Positions 49,698-63,607 are shown, counted from the stretch's first letter. The stretch is DNA of 64,000 nucleotides from Anaeramoeba ignava BMAN (GCA_028826165.1 JAPDFW010000053.1:372001-436000); one strand, 5' to 3'. Notes: a model not told the origin generated them from the sequence alone. Program-made: numbers and translations.

Positions 49698-52600
49698 ATG
49701 AAAAAAGTCACATCTCCACAATACTTATTTCCTTCTTTAATATTAAATACTTCAATAGCAATAATTGGTTATCAATTTTCACCAACAATTCGTTTACCAT
49801 TTAACATATTCTGTAAGATAAAAAAAAACAAAAAACAAAAAACAAAAACAAACCTTTTTTTAACGAATAAAATTATTTATAAAATTAATTATAAAATTAA
49901 TTATAAAATTATTTATAAAATTAAATATAAAATTATTTATAAAATTAATTATAAAATTATTTATAAAATTATTTATAAAATTATTTATTAAATTATTTAT
50001 AAAATTATTAATAAAATTATTTATAAAATTATTTATTAAATTATTTATAAAATTAAATATAAATTTATTTATAAAATTATTTATAAAATTAATTATAAAA
50101 TTAATTATAAAATTAAATATAAAATTATTTATAAAATTATTTATAAAATTATTTATAAAATTATTTATAAAATTATTTATAAAATTATTTATAAAATTAT
50201 TTATAAAATTATTTATAAAATTATTTATAAAATTATTTATAAAATTATTTATAAAATTATTTATAAAATTATTTATAAAATTATTTATAAAAATTATTTA
50301 TAAAATTATTTATAAAATTATTTATAAAATTATTTATAAAATTATTATAAAATTAATTATAAAATTATTAATAAAATTATTTATAAAATTATTTATAAAA
50401 TTATTTATAAAATTATTTATAAAATTATTTATAAAATTATTTATAAAATTATTTATAAAATTATTTATAAAATTATTAATAAAATTATTTATAAAATTAT
50501 TTATTAAATTATTTATAAAATTATTTGATAATAGATGTTGGTCAGTTCCTTAATAAACACACAGACAAATTCATTCAAGATTATTTGCAATGCCAATTAG
50601 ATTATCATCCAGATCTCGAAACAGTTATTCTTCCAGCAACAAGACAAATGAAAACAATAACAATGAAAGAAATAGGAAGTACAGTCTCAAAATTATCATC
50701 AGATTATTCAAACATAAACGAGATGTTAATCTTCCAAAACAACACAATAAAGAATGAGCTTCTCCACAATTACCAAGCAGATCTTGTGAAAAACGTTTTC
50801 CATCAACCAAAAGTGGAACAATTTATAAACTCAATTATAGAATATTTGTATGTTTATAAAAATATTTCCAAGTTATGGAGTCAATATTCCGAATTGGAAT
50901 CAACAAGATTGCTTCTGAAAAATCTCAATCCGGATTCACAGCTTCTAAATGAAGAGCAACGAAATGAACAGCTTCGTTTAGCACTTGAGGAAGTGGAAAA
51001 AAAAATTCAAGAAAATCTTGCAAAAGAAAAAAGAATGATTCTCGAACCCAAAAAAAAAATGCAAGAATTACAAAAACGAGTTGACGGATTATCATCACTT
51101 GCCAATCAAATGAAGGTTTTGGGCGATGGTGTGAAACAATTCAAGCAAATGATTGATGCTTTTATTGAGCAAATCACCAAAGAACTTGGAGAACTTTCAA
51201 TATCAGGACAAAAAGTGAGCGTTTATGATTTTCAGAATCAAATACAGTCCAAATTTGAAGCGTATCAAGCAATTATCACAAGACAGAACGAGGATTTAGA
51301 AAAACTTACAAAAGAATGGGAAAAATTGAACGGAGAACTCAAAGCAGATTTAAATTTAATGGAACAAGTTGTAATTGCAGTTTCTGATTTATTCAAAATT
51401 TTATCACCAGATGAACTGGAAGATCTCCGTAAATTCCACGAAACTCTTCAGGAAAGATTCAATATTTTGAAGGATCAATTGCCGCCGTTGATTGAATTGA
51501 ATCAAGAAGCAACAGATTTCTTCTCACAAGTTATAAAAGAACTTAAAAACGGAGAAACTGAAAAAGAAAAATTATCAAAAGCATTTGAACGCGCACAAAA
51601 TCTCCAGTCAAAAGTCAAGGGAATGGTGTCTCTTTCACAAGAACAAGAGAATCTTTATAACCAGGCTCAACAATCAGCAAAAAATCTGAAGGAAGTTCTG
51701 AAGAATTTCGAAACAACAGTGCAAAAACAAATTGGAGATCTCGAAACTCGAATTGAAAATATCATGAAAGGACCCTCATTAGAGGTACTTAACACCAAGA
51801 TTGGCGACCTTAGTCAAAAGATACAGAAGATGAACGAGTTGATGAAAAGCCAGCCCAACCATCCAGATCTTGCAGACAACTTACAACAGTTGGAAAAAGA
51901 ATATTTGGATCTTTCCCGTAATCTCGATAAATATTTTGAAGATGATATAAAGCTTATTGCTGATAATATTCAAGACGTTTTCGAGCAAAAAGAGAAAGAA
52001 CAAAAAGAGTACATGGATAATCTACGCAAGGAACTTATGGATCTTATCGATGATCACTTCAAAGTTGTTCCAGAAAATTTGGAGAATTGGATCAATCAAA
52101 ATCCACAAGAATTTGAAGAGTTAATTCGCAGTATTTGGCAAGACAAAAACAACGATAAGCTTGATAAATGGGCTCGAGACAAACTTTCCAGTCAAGATCA
52201 AACCCTCTCAGAAAGTTTAGAAGACATTGAGAATCGTATTTTCAAAGAAGTTTTGCGTCAATATCGTGAAGGTCCAATTGGAAAAACAAATTTTGCAAAT
52301 GAAAAATTGGGAGCAAAAATAGATCAAAAAAGAAGCAAATTTACAAAATTTGGATCAAATGAAGTTGCAACAATTTTACAAGCTAACAATGAACCTGGAG
52401 ATTGTTTTTCATTTAACGGAAATGAGGCCGAAATTGCAATTCAACTTCCAACTAAATTGGCATTGACACATGTTTCATTGAGACATATTCCATTTAGTTT
52501 TGTTTCAGATCACTCAACTGCTCCAAGAGCTTTCAATGTCTACACTCTTGATAAAACATCAAATGAAAAAGACGCAAAAGTCAATCTTGGTTCTTTTGAA

Positions 52601-52795
52601 TTTCAATTTGACAATGATTCTTTCCCTTCAGTTCAAGCTTGGGATCTTAATCCAAAAATTACAACTGACAAAATTTTTATCCAATTTATTTCTAATTATG
52701 GAAATAAAGATTATACTTGTGTTTACAATGTTGGTGTTTTTGGTGACTTGATTGATCCTGTTCAAAGTCAATCTGATCCTGAAATTTTGATGTAA
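49698..52795 (+). CDS. SUN-domain (Sad1/UNC-84) nuclear envelope protein
   Basis: Exons 49698-49812 and 50535-52795 (phase-1 intron); N-terminal hydrophobic segment, long coiled coil, C-terminal SUN motifs NFA...GAKI, PGDCFSFNG, THVSLRHI, STAPRAFNV, LGSFEF, SNYGNKDYTCVY..GVFG. Confidence 0.9.
49865..50525 (+). repeat. Intronic (AAAATTATTTAT)n 12-mer satellite
   Basis: Intron 49813-50534 of the SUN gene. Confidence 0.9.
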
Positions 52796-53072
52796 ATTTC
52801 AAATTTCAAATTTCAAATTTCAAATTTCAATTGCCAGAAAACACATCTTTCTTATTTCTACTTCTTTTCCAAAAACAAATTTTTCTTTCTTTCTTTTTCA
52901 AAAACAAATTTTTTTCTTTTTCAAAAACAAAAATTTTTTCTTTTTCTTTTCTTTTTTTCTTTGATCTTTTTCAAAATTTTATCAAAAAAACAAACAAAAA
53001 AAAACAAAAACAAACTTTCATTTTTTTTTTTCATTTTTTTTTTCATTTTTTTTATTTTTTTCTAATTAAAAA

Positions 53073-56000
53073 ATGGGAAGTTCAAAATCAAAAAATAAAG
53101 CTAAAAAACTACAAAAAAATCAAAGTGTTCAAATTGATAAACAATTATCAAAAGAAAAAGAGAAACTATCTTTAGATTTAAGTATTCTTTTATTAGGTAA
53201 AAATAACCGAAAAATAAAAAAAAATTTTTTTAATTTAAATTTTTTAATTTAAATTTTTAAAATAGGAACTGGAGAATCAGGAAAAACAACATTTATAAAG
53301 CAAGCTTCAATTCTTTATAAAGGTGGTTTTAATGAACTTGATAAACAACTTTATCCCAAAACAATTAGAAGAAATGCAATTACTTATATGAAAGAATTAA
53401 TTTCAGCTGCTCAAATTTTAGAGCTTGACTTACCAGAAGAAATTGAAGTAACTAAATTTATAACAAAAATTAAAAAGAAAATCATTTTAAAATTTATAAT
53501 TATATTTGTAATTATATTTATAACAAAATTTATAATTAAATTTATAATTAAATTTATAATTAAATTTATAATTAAATTTATAATTAAATTTATAATTATA
53601 TTTATAATTAAATTTATAATAAAATTTATAATTAAATTTATAATAAAATTTATAATTAAATTTATAATTAAATTTATAATTAAATTTATAATTAAATTTA
53701 TAATAAAATTTATAATTAAATTTATAATTAAATTTATAATTAAATTAAAAGAAAATTTGTGATGAAATTTATAATTAAATTTATAATTAAATTTATAATT
53801 AAATTTATAATTAAATTTATAATTAAATTTATATTTAAATTTATAATTAAATTTATAATTAAATTTATAATTAAATTTATAATTAAATATTTATAATTAA
53901 ATTTATAATTAAATTTATAATTAAATTTATAATTAAATTTATAATTAAATTTATAATTAAATTTATAATTAAATTTATAATTATAAATTTATAATTAAAT
54001 TTATAATTAAATTTATAATTAAATTTATAATTAAATTTATAATTAAATTTATAATTAAATTTTAAAAATTAAATTTATAATTAAATTTATAATTAAATTT
54101 ATAATTAAATTTATAATTAAATTTATAATTAAATTTATAATTAAATTTATAATTATATTTATAATTAAATTTATAATTAAATTTATAATTAAATTTATAA
54201 TTAAATTTATAATTAAATTTTATTAATTATATTTTAACAAAATTTATAATTAAATTTATAATTAAATTTATAATTAAATTTATAATTAAATTTATAATTA
54301 AATTTATAATTAAATTTATAATAAAATTTATAATAAAATTTATAATTAAATTTATATAAATAAAATTTATAATTAATTTTTATTATAATAAAATTTACCA
54401 GAAATTGGACAAAAATTAAATTTTATGGGAAGAAACATATAATTAAATTTATAATTAGATTTCAAATTAACAATCAATAATTAAATTTAATAATTAAATT
54501 TAAATATAACTTTAAATTTTTCTTAGTTTTTATAATCAAAAATTTAAAAGTTTTAAATGATTAAATTGAAATTGAATTAATTTTGATTCTGAACAATTCG
54601 GAATTGGAAGAAATTGGACAAAAATTAAGATTTTATGGGAAGATGAACAATTTAAAGCAAGCATTTTTTCAATTCAGAAGATTCAATTTATTTCAAAATT
54701 CGGATCAACAATCACAGTAAAATACAAATTATATTTATATTTTATTAAATAATTAAATTAAATTCAATTTTTCTTCTTTTTCTTCAGTATTTTTGATGAT
54801 ATCGAAAGAGTTTCACAAGATGATTATGAACCAACAGACAAAGATATTTTATTTTGCAGAATTCCAACAACTGGAATTAATTTTTTAACTTTTGAACATA
54901 AATCTCGGAATTGGAAGTAAAAATATTTCAATTCAATTTAATTCAATTCAATTCAATTCAATTTATTTTAATTTATTTCAATTTAATTCATTTCAATTTA
55001 TTTCAATTCAATTCAATTTATTTCAATTCAATTTATTTCAATTCATTTTAATTCAATATTCAATTCAATTAAATTCAATTCAATTTATTTCAATTTATTT
55101 CAATTTATTTCATTTCAATTTAATTCAATTTATTTCAATTTATTTTAATTCAATTAAATTCAATTCAATAAAATTCAATTCAATTTAATTCAATTTATTT
55201 CAATTCATTTCAATTCAATTCAATTCAATTCAATTTATTTCAATTCATTTTAATTCAATTCAATTTAATTCAATTTAATTCAATTCAATTTAATTCAATT
55301 CATTTCAATTCAATTCATTTTAATTTATTTCAATTCATTTTAATTCAATTCAATTCAATTCAATTTATTTCAATTCATTTCAATTCAATATTCAATTCAA
55401 TTCAAAATTCAATTCAATTCAATTCAATTCAATTCAATTCAATTCAATTCATTTTAATTCAATTCAATTTTATTCAATTTTATTTAATTCAATTCAATTA
55501 AAAATTTATTTAAATTCAATTCATTTTATTTTAATTCAATTCATTTTAATTTATTTCAATTCAATTCAATTCATTTCAATTCAATTTATTTCAATTCAAT
55601 TCAAAATTCAATTTATTTCAATTTATTTCAATTTATTTCAATTTATTTCAATTTAATTCAATATTCATTTTATTTTAATTCAATTCATTTTAATTTATTT
55701 CAATTCAATTCAATTCAATTCAATTCAATATTCATTTTATTTTAATTCAATTCAATTCATTTTAATTTAATTCAATTCAATTCATTTTAATTTAATTCAA
55801 TTCAATTCAATTCAATTCATTTCAATTCAATTCATTTCAATTCAATTCATTTCAATTTAATTTATTTCAATTCAATTCAATTTCATTTCAATTTAATTCA
55901 TTTCATTTCAATTCAATTTAATTCAATTTAATTCAATTCAATTAAAAATTTATTTAAATTCAATTAAATTTATTGAAAAAGAGTAATTGATGTTGGAGGA

Positions 56001-56517
56001 CAACGTTCAGAAAGAAGAAAATGGATTCATACATTCGATAACGTTAATTTCCTTATTTATGTTGTTGCTATTAATGAATTCGATCAAGCATTATTTGAAG
56101 AACACACACAAAACAGAATGCAAGAATCACTTGAATTTTTCAGCGAAATGGTTAATAATCAATATTTTAAAGATAAAAATTGCATTTTACTTTTTAATAA
56201 AATGGATCTTTTTAAAGCAAAAATTCAAAAAGTTGATTTAAATGTTTGTTTTCCTGAATATAATGGTGGAAAAAACTATGAAAATGCTCTTTCTTTCATT
56301 CAAAAAACTTTCCTTTCTGTTGCTCAAAACTCAAACAGAACAATCACTCCTCTTTACGTTTGTGCAACAGAAACAAAAGAAATGCAAGATTTATTTGTAA
56401 AAATTCATAAAAATATTTTTCTAATTTAATTTCAATTATTTTTATTTTTATTTTTATTTTTTATTTTTTATTTTTTAGGAACAAGTTTTTGATATCATTT
56501 TAAAACATTTAAACTAA
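53073..56517 (+). CDS. Heterotrimeric G-protein alpha subunit (exon 3 scrambled in this assembly)
   Basis: MGSSKS myristoylation start; exons 53073-53196, 53266-53447, unresolved exon(s) ~53752-54716, ~54788-54916, 55982-56396, 56479-56517. Motifs LLLGTGESGKTT, RIPTTG, DVGGQRSERRKW, FNKMD, VCAT. Confidence 0.9.
53490..54380 (+). repeat. Intronic (AAATTTATAATT)n 12-mer satellite
   Basis: Direct reading. Confidence 0.9.
54925..55950 (+). repeat. Intronic (AATTC)n pentamer-based satellite
   Basis: Intron 54917-55981 of the G-alpha gene. Confidence 0.9.
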
Positions 56518-56741
56518 TATTCGTTTATTTATCATTTTGATTTTTTTTTTTATATTTTATGAAATTGGAAATTTTAATCAAAAAATTTTAAGAAAAAAAG
56601 TTTTTTTTTTTATTGGATTATCTTATTATTATTATTATTATTTTTATTTTTTTTGGAAAATTTCAAATTAAAAAACAAAAACAAAAATTTGATTAATTTT
56701 TGATTTTTGATTTTGATTTTTGATTTTGATTTTGATTAGAT

Positions 56742-57939
56742 TTAAATTTTGATTTTGAATTTTAAATAATAAAAGAAAAAACTTATTAAAAGAATTAAAG
56801 AACTTAAAATGAAAAAAATCTTATTAAAAAAAGACTTTTTTTTTGTAGATTTTTTTTTAGAATCTTTTAAAGAAATTCCTCTAAATTTATAAATAAAATC
56901 AAACCATTCTTCAGGTAAACAACCATAAGGATTTTCAATAGGTTTTTCAAGAATTCTAAATTCAAATGGACCGTTTTTAATAGTTTGACGATCCAAATCC
57001 TCATTCCAATCAAATAAACAACCACTTGTATCAGCAAAAAAAGGATTTAATTCAATAATTTTAATTTCTTTTTCAAGAAAAACTAAATCAACAATATAAT
57101 TGTCTTGTGGGATCAAAGGAGAAATCTGCAGGAAAAAATCATTCACGCGTTGGGAAATATCCTGTTTCTCCGCATGCAAATTTGAGAAGCACTGAAGATA
57201 ACAATATTGAGAGAGAGCATTTAATTTTTTGTTAAACACAAAGCCTCGAAATTCCATTGACGCATCCATCTCAACCCATTCTCGAATAATAATTGCTAAG
57301 CTAAATGCTCCAGGAAACTCAAGAGTCCGCATTAAGTCCTCACGGATCCGAGAGCTTCTGCGAAACAACTCCAAAGCTTCTGCGCCCGATGTTACTTTTA
57401 GACATTTCCTTTTGGCATTCACAAAGGCAATTGTATCTTGATTTGGTGATCCATCACTTTTTTTAAGTTCGTTTTCAAATTCTTGCTTCATCTTTTCATT
57501 GATTCCCGTCGTGACTGCGTCTTTGGGACTTCTTGTGCTTAATTTTACAAAGGAAGCGTTGTTGAAGTTAGATTCAATACTTGTATTAATTCTTTGTTCT
57601 AAAAGAGAGAGTGTTTTTTTGTTTTCTTCCGTTTTTAAATTTTTGGATTCAATATTTGAATTGGAATTATAAAATTCTTCACAATAATTTAAAAGTGCTT
57701 CTGCTTCTTCTATTGAAACTTCTAAAACTTCTGTTTTAAGTGTGTATTTTTCAACATAAGGATACCAAGTTTCAATAGCAAAATCAAAAATATATTTTGT
57801 TCTTGTATAAAGAAATCTACTATTTTCAATTAATTTTTTTGTTTCTTCTGGAATTTCTTTTTTTTCCTTTTAATAAAAATAAAAAATAAATAAGAGATTT
57901 TTTTGAATTTTATTCGAGAAAAGAAGGAAAACAAACCAT
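56742..57939 (-). CDS. Cdc123/D123-like (R2K clade) ATP-grasp protein with C-terminal transmembrane anchor
   Basis: ATG-only first coding exon (57939-57937, ATG|gtttgt) spliced to 57866-56742. Motifs FAIETWYP...T.KT, FVKLSTRSPKDA, SSRIREDL, IIREW, MEFRGFV..LNALSQY, YIVD, IIELNPF..TSGCLFDW. Confidence 0.85.
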
Positions 57940-58250
57940 TGATTAAAATTCAAAAATTGGAAAAGAAAAAAATGAATTTTGATTTTGATTTTTAATTTTA
58001 ATTTTAATTTTAATTTTAATTTAAATTTTAAATTGATTTAAATTTAATTTTGATTTAAATTGATTTTAATTTTGATTTTAATTTTGATTTTAATTTTGAT
58101 TTTGATTTTAATTTTAATTTTAATTTTAATTTTGATTTTAATTTTGATTTTGATTTTAATTTTGATTTTAAATTGATTTTAATTTTGATTTTAAATTTTA
58201 ATTTTGATTTTGATTTTGATTTTGATTTTGATTTTAAATTGATTTTGATT

Positions 58251-61200
58251 TTAAAATCTTAATCGGGATATCCTTGTGGGGAAATAAATGTGTCTTGAAA
58301 ATGTTGATTGAGCACATTCCTTTCGAACTAAAAATTGATTTGCAATTTCATCAAAAGATTTTTGAGCTTCAAAAAGATGAACAATTTTCCTTTGCAAACC
58401 TAAAACTTTTGCAACATATTCAAAACATTCATTTTCTAATTTCTGTTCTAATAAAGGTCGATTATAACGAAATATTCTGTATTGAAAGAGATTTGACATA
58501 GCCATAACAGCATAATCAAGAACAGTCATTCCAACAGTATTTTCCTTTAAATATGCTTGAGGATTTTCAATTTTTTCAGGAAGTAGTTTCTTGATAATTT
58601 CCAAATGTGATTGAATAACAGCATAATGAAGAGCAGTATTGCCAAAATTGTCTTGTTCAAAAATATTGAATCTTGGATCTGAAAGAAGAACATCAACTGA
58701 TTCAACATTTTTGCCAAAAGCAGAAATCATTAATGGTGAATGAGCAAAGTATTTTGTGGGAATATTAAGTTGCTCCTTGCTAAGATGTTTCATGAAAACT
58801 TTGATGCATTCATGGGAATTAAATCCACAACAATAATGTAAAGCAGTCCATCCACTTGGATCAGTTAATTCTACTTTTGCCCCCAATTTCAACAATAAAT
58901 CAACTACTTCATGATCTCCTAAAATAGAAGCCATCATTAAGGGAGTTAATCCGTTTTTTAAAGGTGCGTTCAAAAGATCGAATTCGTCGTGTTTTACAAT
59001 GGCTTCAATTGCTTTGAGACTTTTGTTTGAAACTGCGTAATGCATTGCTGAATACTCCCAATTTTCTTGTGGTTCCAAACTCAACGATTCTGGGAATTGA
59101 TGTGTTTCCAATTTTTCACTAAACAAATTTTTCCATTGTTTTTTAGCTTCATCAACTAAATATTCAATTGATTCTGGTTGGTTAAAATAAGATGCAATAA
59201 AAAGAGCGTTTTTCGAACGCACATATTCATGTTCATAATGTTCTTGATGCCATCTGTGTTTCTTGCCATCGATATTCAATCCTTTGTAAGTTTTTGGATT
59301 CTTTGTTTCTTTTGAATAAACACCTCCAAATTCAAGAAGTTTTTGTGCAACCTTAATGTTTCCTTTTTGAATTGCATGTTCAAATGGGATAAATTTATAA
59401 ACTTGGAATAAAATTTTGTAAGTAATTGTATGTTGTGCATGTTGTAAAAGGGTTTTTTCGTATGAAACTTGATTTCCTGATTTGTCAAGTTTTTGGCAAG
59501 ATTCCAAAATTATTTCACAACATTCGAAGTTGTTTTTTTCAATAGCTAAATCCAAAACATTCATATGCAATGCACTTGAGGATGTGATTGTAGTTGATGG
59601 AGAAATGACGCAATTAAGTTCCTTCATCTCTTGTTCGATATTTCTTAATTCGTCAACTGGTTGATACTTTTTTTGTCCTAGTTGATCAACATGATATCTT
59701 GGTTTCATGTGTTTTTTCATTCTGATTAAATCTTGGTTGTTAATCATTGGAAGGTATTTTGTTGTTTCTGCTTCATTTTGTAAAGGTGTGAATTGAAGAG
59801 TTAAAATTTCAATAAGTTTGCGAAGCATTTGTGGATGATTATTTTCAACAGCAATGTGCAAAGGAGTTCTTCTTGAATATTCAACATAAGAAGCAATCTA
59901 AAAGAAAAAAAAGAATATTAATATAAAAATACAAATATTAAAATATTTATTTCAATTACTTGAAGTTGTTCTCCAATAGGCTTTTTAATTGTTAAATTCT
60001 CAACAGTCTCTATGTCTCCCTTCGAAACAGCTTCAAAAAGTTCTAAATACATCGGTTGCAAATTATCAACATAACAAGATGAATTGATATAATGTCCAAA
60101 AATAGATTCAGAAAGCGAAAAGAAACGAACAGGAAATTGCTTGTCAATACTTGTTTCATTTTCCAATACTCTCGAAATATTATCAAATTCTGTGCGATAA
60201 GAAGAAGTATAAGAAACGTATCTTCGTCGATATTCCCAAGAACTGGGATTTTTCATATTTGTTTGTTGAGTTATCAAATAAGAATCAACTGAATCTGGAT
60301 TCAATTCAATATCAACGAAATTTTTGGCGTTTTTGCTCTTTAAATATTCCTCAATCTCTTTTAAAAGTTCTAATCTAGTTTGCTCTCTTTGTAATGCATT
60401 AAAAGCAAAATTTTTTATCAATGGTTTTTTTTCATCTTCAATCAAATTGTCATTTTCAAATGAAAGAGAATAATCTGGAAATGAGTAAAATGAGAATTGC
60501 TCCGCTTCAATTTCCAAATTTTTGCAATAAGATTCCAATTCGTTATAAATGAAACTTTTTGGCTCCATTTTGGATAGTTTTTTCATTATAATTTCCTTTT
60601 TCAAAAGAGGGAGTTGTCTGATTGATTTTGTGTTTTCATCAATAGATTCTTGAACTTCCTTGATTTTGATTTGGACTCTATCAAGAATTGTTTCTGCAGA
60701 TGAGGAAAAAGCATTAATATCAGCTCCATTTTCGATGAAGAATTTAATCAAATGAAATGATCCATTACAAGAAATCAATGGCAACGAAGATCTGTTTCTC
60801 AGGACTGTTTCCTTGTTTTCATTTGGTCTAAATAAATGTTTTGGAACATCTTCGATTCTAAGTTGGGTTTTAAGTGGAGATTCTTTTATCAAGAACAATA
60901 CCATTTCATAATGTTTGTTGAATTGATTTTCGCTATTTGTCAAATCAAGACTTTTTATAATTTCATCTTTCGTTTCTTTTATTGCCAATGGAACCTTGAT
61001 GTGTTTTAAAGGATTTTCTGGTAACTGACTCATTAAAGAATCCAAAGGAGTTGTAAAATTACGAGAAACCCATTCAAGTTCAATTTGGTTTTTTTTGGCA
61101 AAATCCATCACAATTTTTAAGAACTTGAGATCGACTCGTGCACATATTTTGTGCAGGATATTCTGTCCTTGTAAATCCTTTTGTAAAAGATCCACATTTC

Positions 61201-63607
61201 TCTCCAATAAATGCTGAGCAACTTCGTATTGTTTCCCTAATAGAGCAAAGGAAAGAGGGAAATATTGGGAAACGATTCTTTGATCCTGTTTGTAGTTGAG
61301 CATCTTGTCTATATCAGCTCCTCCCTTATCTATCAGTAAATCAATGCATTTTATGTTTCCAAAAAATATTGCATAATGTAAAGGTGTCATTCTTAAATCC
61401 CAATCTTCCTGGTTTACATCAAATTTCTCATCAACAACCTCTAAAGAAGGATCGAAACCAAATAATTGAGAATCTGTTTTTTTTATTCTCATCTCAATTA
61501 ATTTCTTCAAACTAAATTGTTGATAGTCTTCTTTTTCTTTTTCATCTTCAATGTTTATGTTTTCGTTGTTTTGGTTTTTGATTTCATTCAATTTATCCAA
61601 AATAATTTCCAAAATATCTGAATATCCATATTGAGCAGCTAAATGAATTGGGCTTCTTCCATCTATCATTTTGAAGGATAATTTGGCGCCGAAATCAATG
61701 AGAACCTTAACACATTCGATTGAATTATAAAGAACAGCAAGATGAATAGGAGCTCTTCCAACATAATCCTTTTTATTAATATTAGAAGAATCAGCAGTAA
61801 GTAATTGATGAAGTTTCTCATGATTTTTCTCGCTAATTGATTGGAACAGTAAATCAAAGTTTTCTGGAATATAAGCATCCTTACACCAATCTTCGTCCGT
61901 TATTGGATGAAACGAACCAATAGATTGCTGTCCTGGATCAACTGTCATCCATGAAATGTCTCCGTTCACATACATATGTGATGGACCTAATTCCTCATCC
62001 AAATTAATATTTGAACAATTCTCTGCTCCACAACAATCTCCAATAATTTCTTCTGCAGTACCGAAAAAGCAAGGATGTGTATGGAATTTTCTATCAGGAT
62101 CATACCAAGATGAATTAAGAACCATATCCTTTCGATACATAACTTTTTGGATTGCCTCAGCATTCCATTCCTTTCCCCTTAATTTGAATAAAAATGAATA
62201 AGAATTAATGAAAATTAATAAAAATTAATAAAAATTTTTTCTTCAATTTCAAAAATTCTTACCAAGGAAGAAATACAACTGAATAATCAGATTCATTTTC
62301 TTGAGAATCCACATATTTCTTATCTTCTTTTAAAGAAGGATGTAAATATCCCCAAACGGAAGGATGAACATCTGAAGGTGGTCTCAATCTTCTTAATCTT
62401 GAAAACTCTTTAAAAATTGTATGTTGGCGAGATGTTTGCAGTTGTTCAAGTAATAAAAGCTTTGCTAATCCATGAACCCTATCAATTCTTCTTTCATATA
62501 AAGAAATATCAATTTTGGATCGATCCAAAAATGGAACAAGAACAGAAAATCCTCTTGAACCATATTTTGCCAATCTAGTTTCATAAGTAGGACTTCGTCT
62601 AGTCATATCAATTGTATTATATCTATGAATCAATGAATTATGACATCTTGGAGTCATCCATACTTTTTCTCCATCAAATCCGCAACTGCAAGAATCAACA
62701 TCAAATCCCATTAAAATTTCAGAAATGGATTTATATAATCTTAATATAATTTGGATATGTCTATATGGATATTGAGAAACTAAATCAAAATCAATTTAAA
62801 AATTAGAATCAAAATAAAAATTAAAATCAATTTAAAAATGAAAATCAATTTAAAAATGAAAATCAATTTAAAAATTAGAATCAAAATAAAAATTAAAATC
62901 AAAATTAATTACCTATAGTTACTGCATGTCTGCTTCGAAATGCTATTGCTTTAAAAGGTATCGTTTCACTAATTGTTTTAAAAATTTCTTTTAATTTCTC
63001 ATTAGCTTCTTCTGGATCATTTATTCCATAAAGGAAAATATCAACATCTGAATTTGAATAAGCTTCATCATGAAAATAATTTCTTCTTGTTAAATTACTT
63101 TCATCAAATTTATCTTTATTATAAAAAAAAAATAATTAAAATAAATTTAAATTAAAAATTATTTTGCTTTTTTTTTTTAATCAAACCAGGAATTGGCATT
63201 AAACTCGCAAGAATTGAACCACCAGCAACAAAACAATTTTTCCAATTTAAAAATCTAAATTGACCTTCAGTAAAAACTTCGAAATTTCTTTTAAATTCAT
63301 CAAAAGAATTAATGCATTTTTTGTTTGAAATTGTTTGATCTTGAAGAAATAATTTTGGAATTTTTTTCTCTTCTTCAGTTTCTTGTGTGAATTCATAAAT
63401 ATCAAGATTTTTATAAGTATCAACAAGCATTAAATGCGGATCTTGTATTTCTTTTGAAGTTTCTCTTTCTTTTGCAAATAATTTTCGATATAAATTTTCT
63501 TCATTGATTATTTGTTCAAATAATTTTTGTTTTTCTTCATTAGTTTTTGCATTTTTGAATAATTGGGGGTATTCATTTTTTATCTTTATTTCAATTTCTT
63601 TTTCCAT
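58251..63607 (-). CDS. Pol-beta-like nucleotidyltransferase domain + Cys/His cluster + ankyrin-repeat protein
   Basis: Exons 63607-63187, 63113-62913, 62779-62263, 62177-59960, 59897-58251 join in frame. Motifs FVAGGSILA, SDVDIFLYG, HIQIILRLY..ISEILMGFDVDSC, YETRLAKY..RGF, HTHPCFFGT..DCCG..C, then ankyrins (GRAPIHLA, GLTPLMMA, GWTALHY, GNTALHYA). Confidence 0.8.

Noticed and set aside
53745-54720. Scrambled or duplicated G-alpha exon 3 (fragments KICDEI at ~53752, GAAATTGGACAAAAATTAA at ~54401 and ~54610, CGGAATTGGAAG also at ~54906) suggesting gene scrambling or trans-splicing
   Set aside because: The fragments are noisy, indel-ridden and embedded in satellite, typical of a mis-polished assembly; no pointer or IES-like structure is visible.
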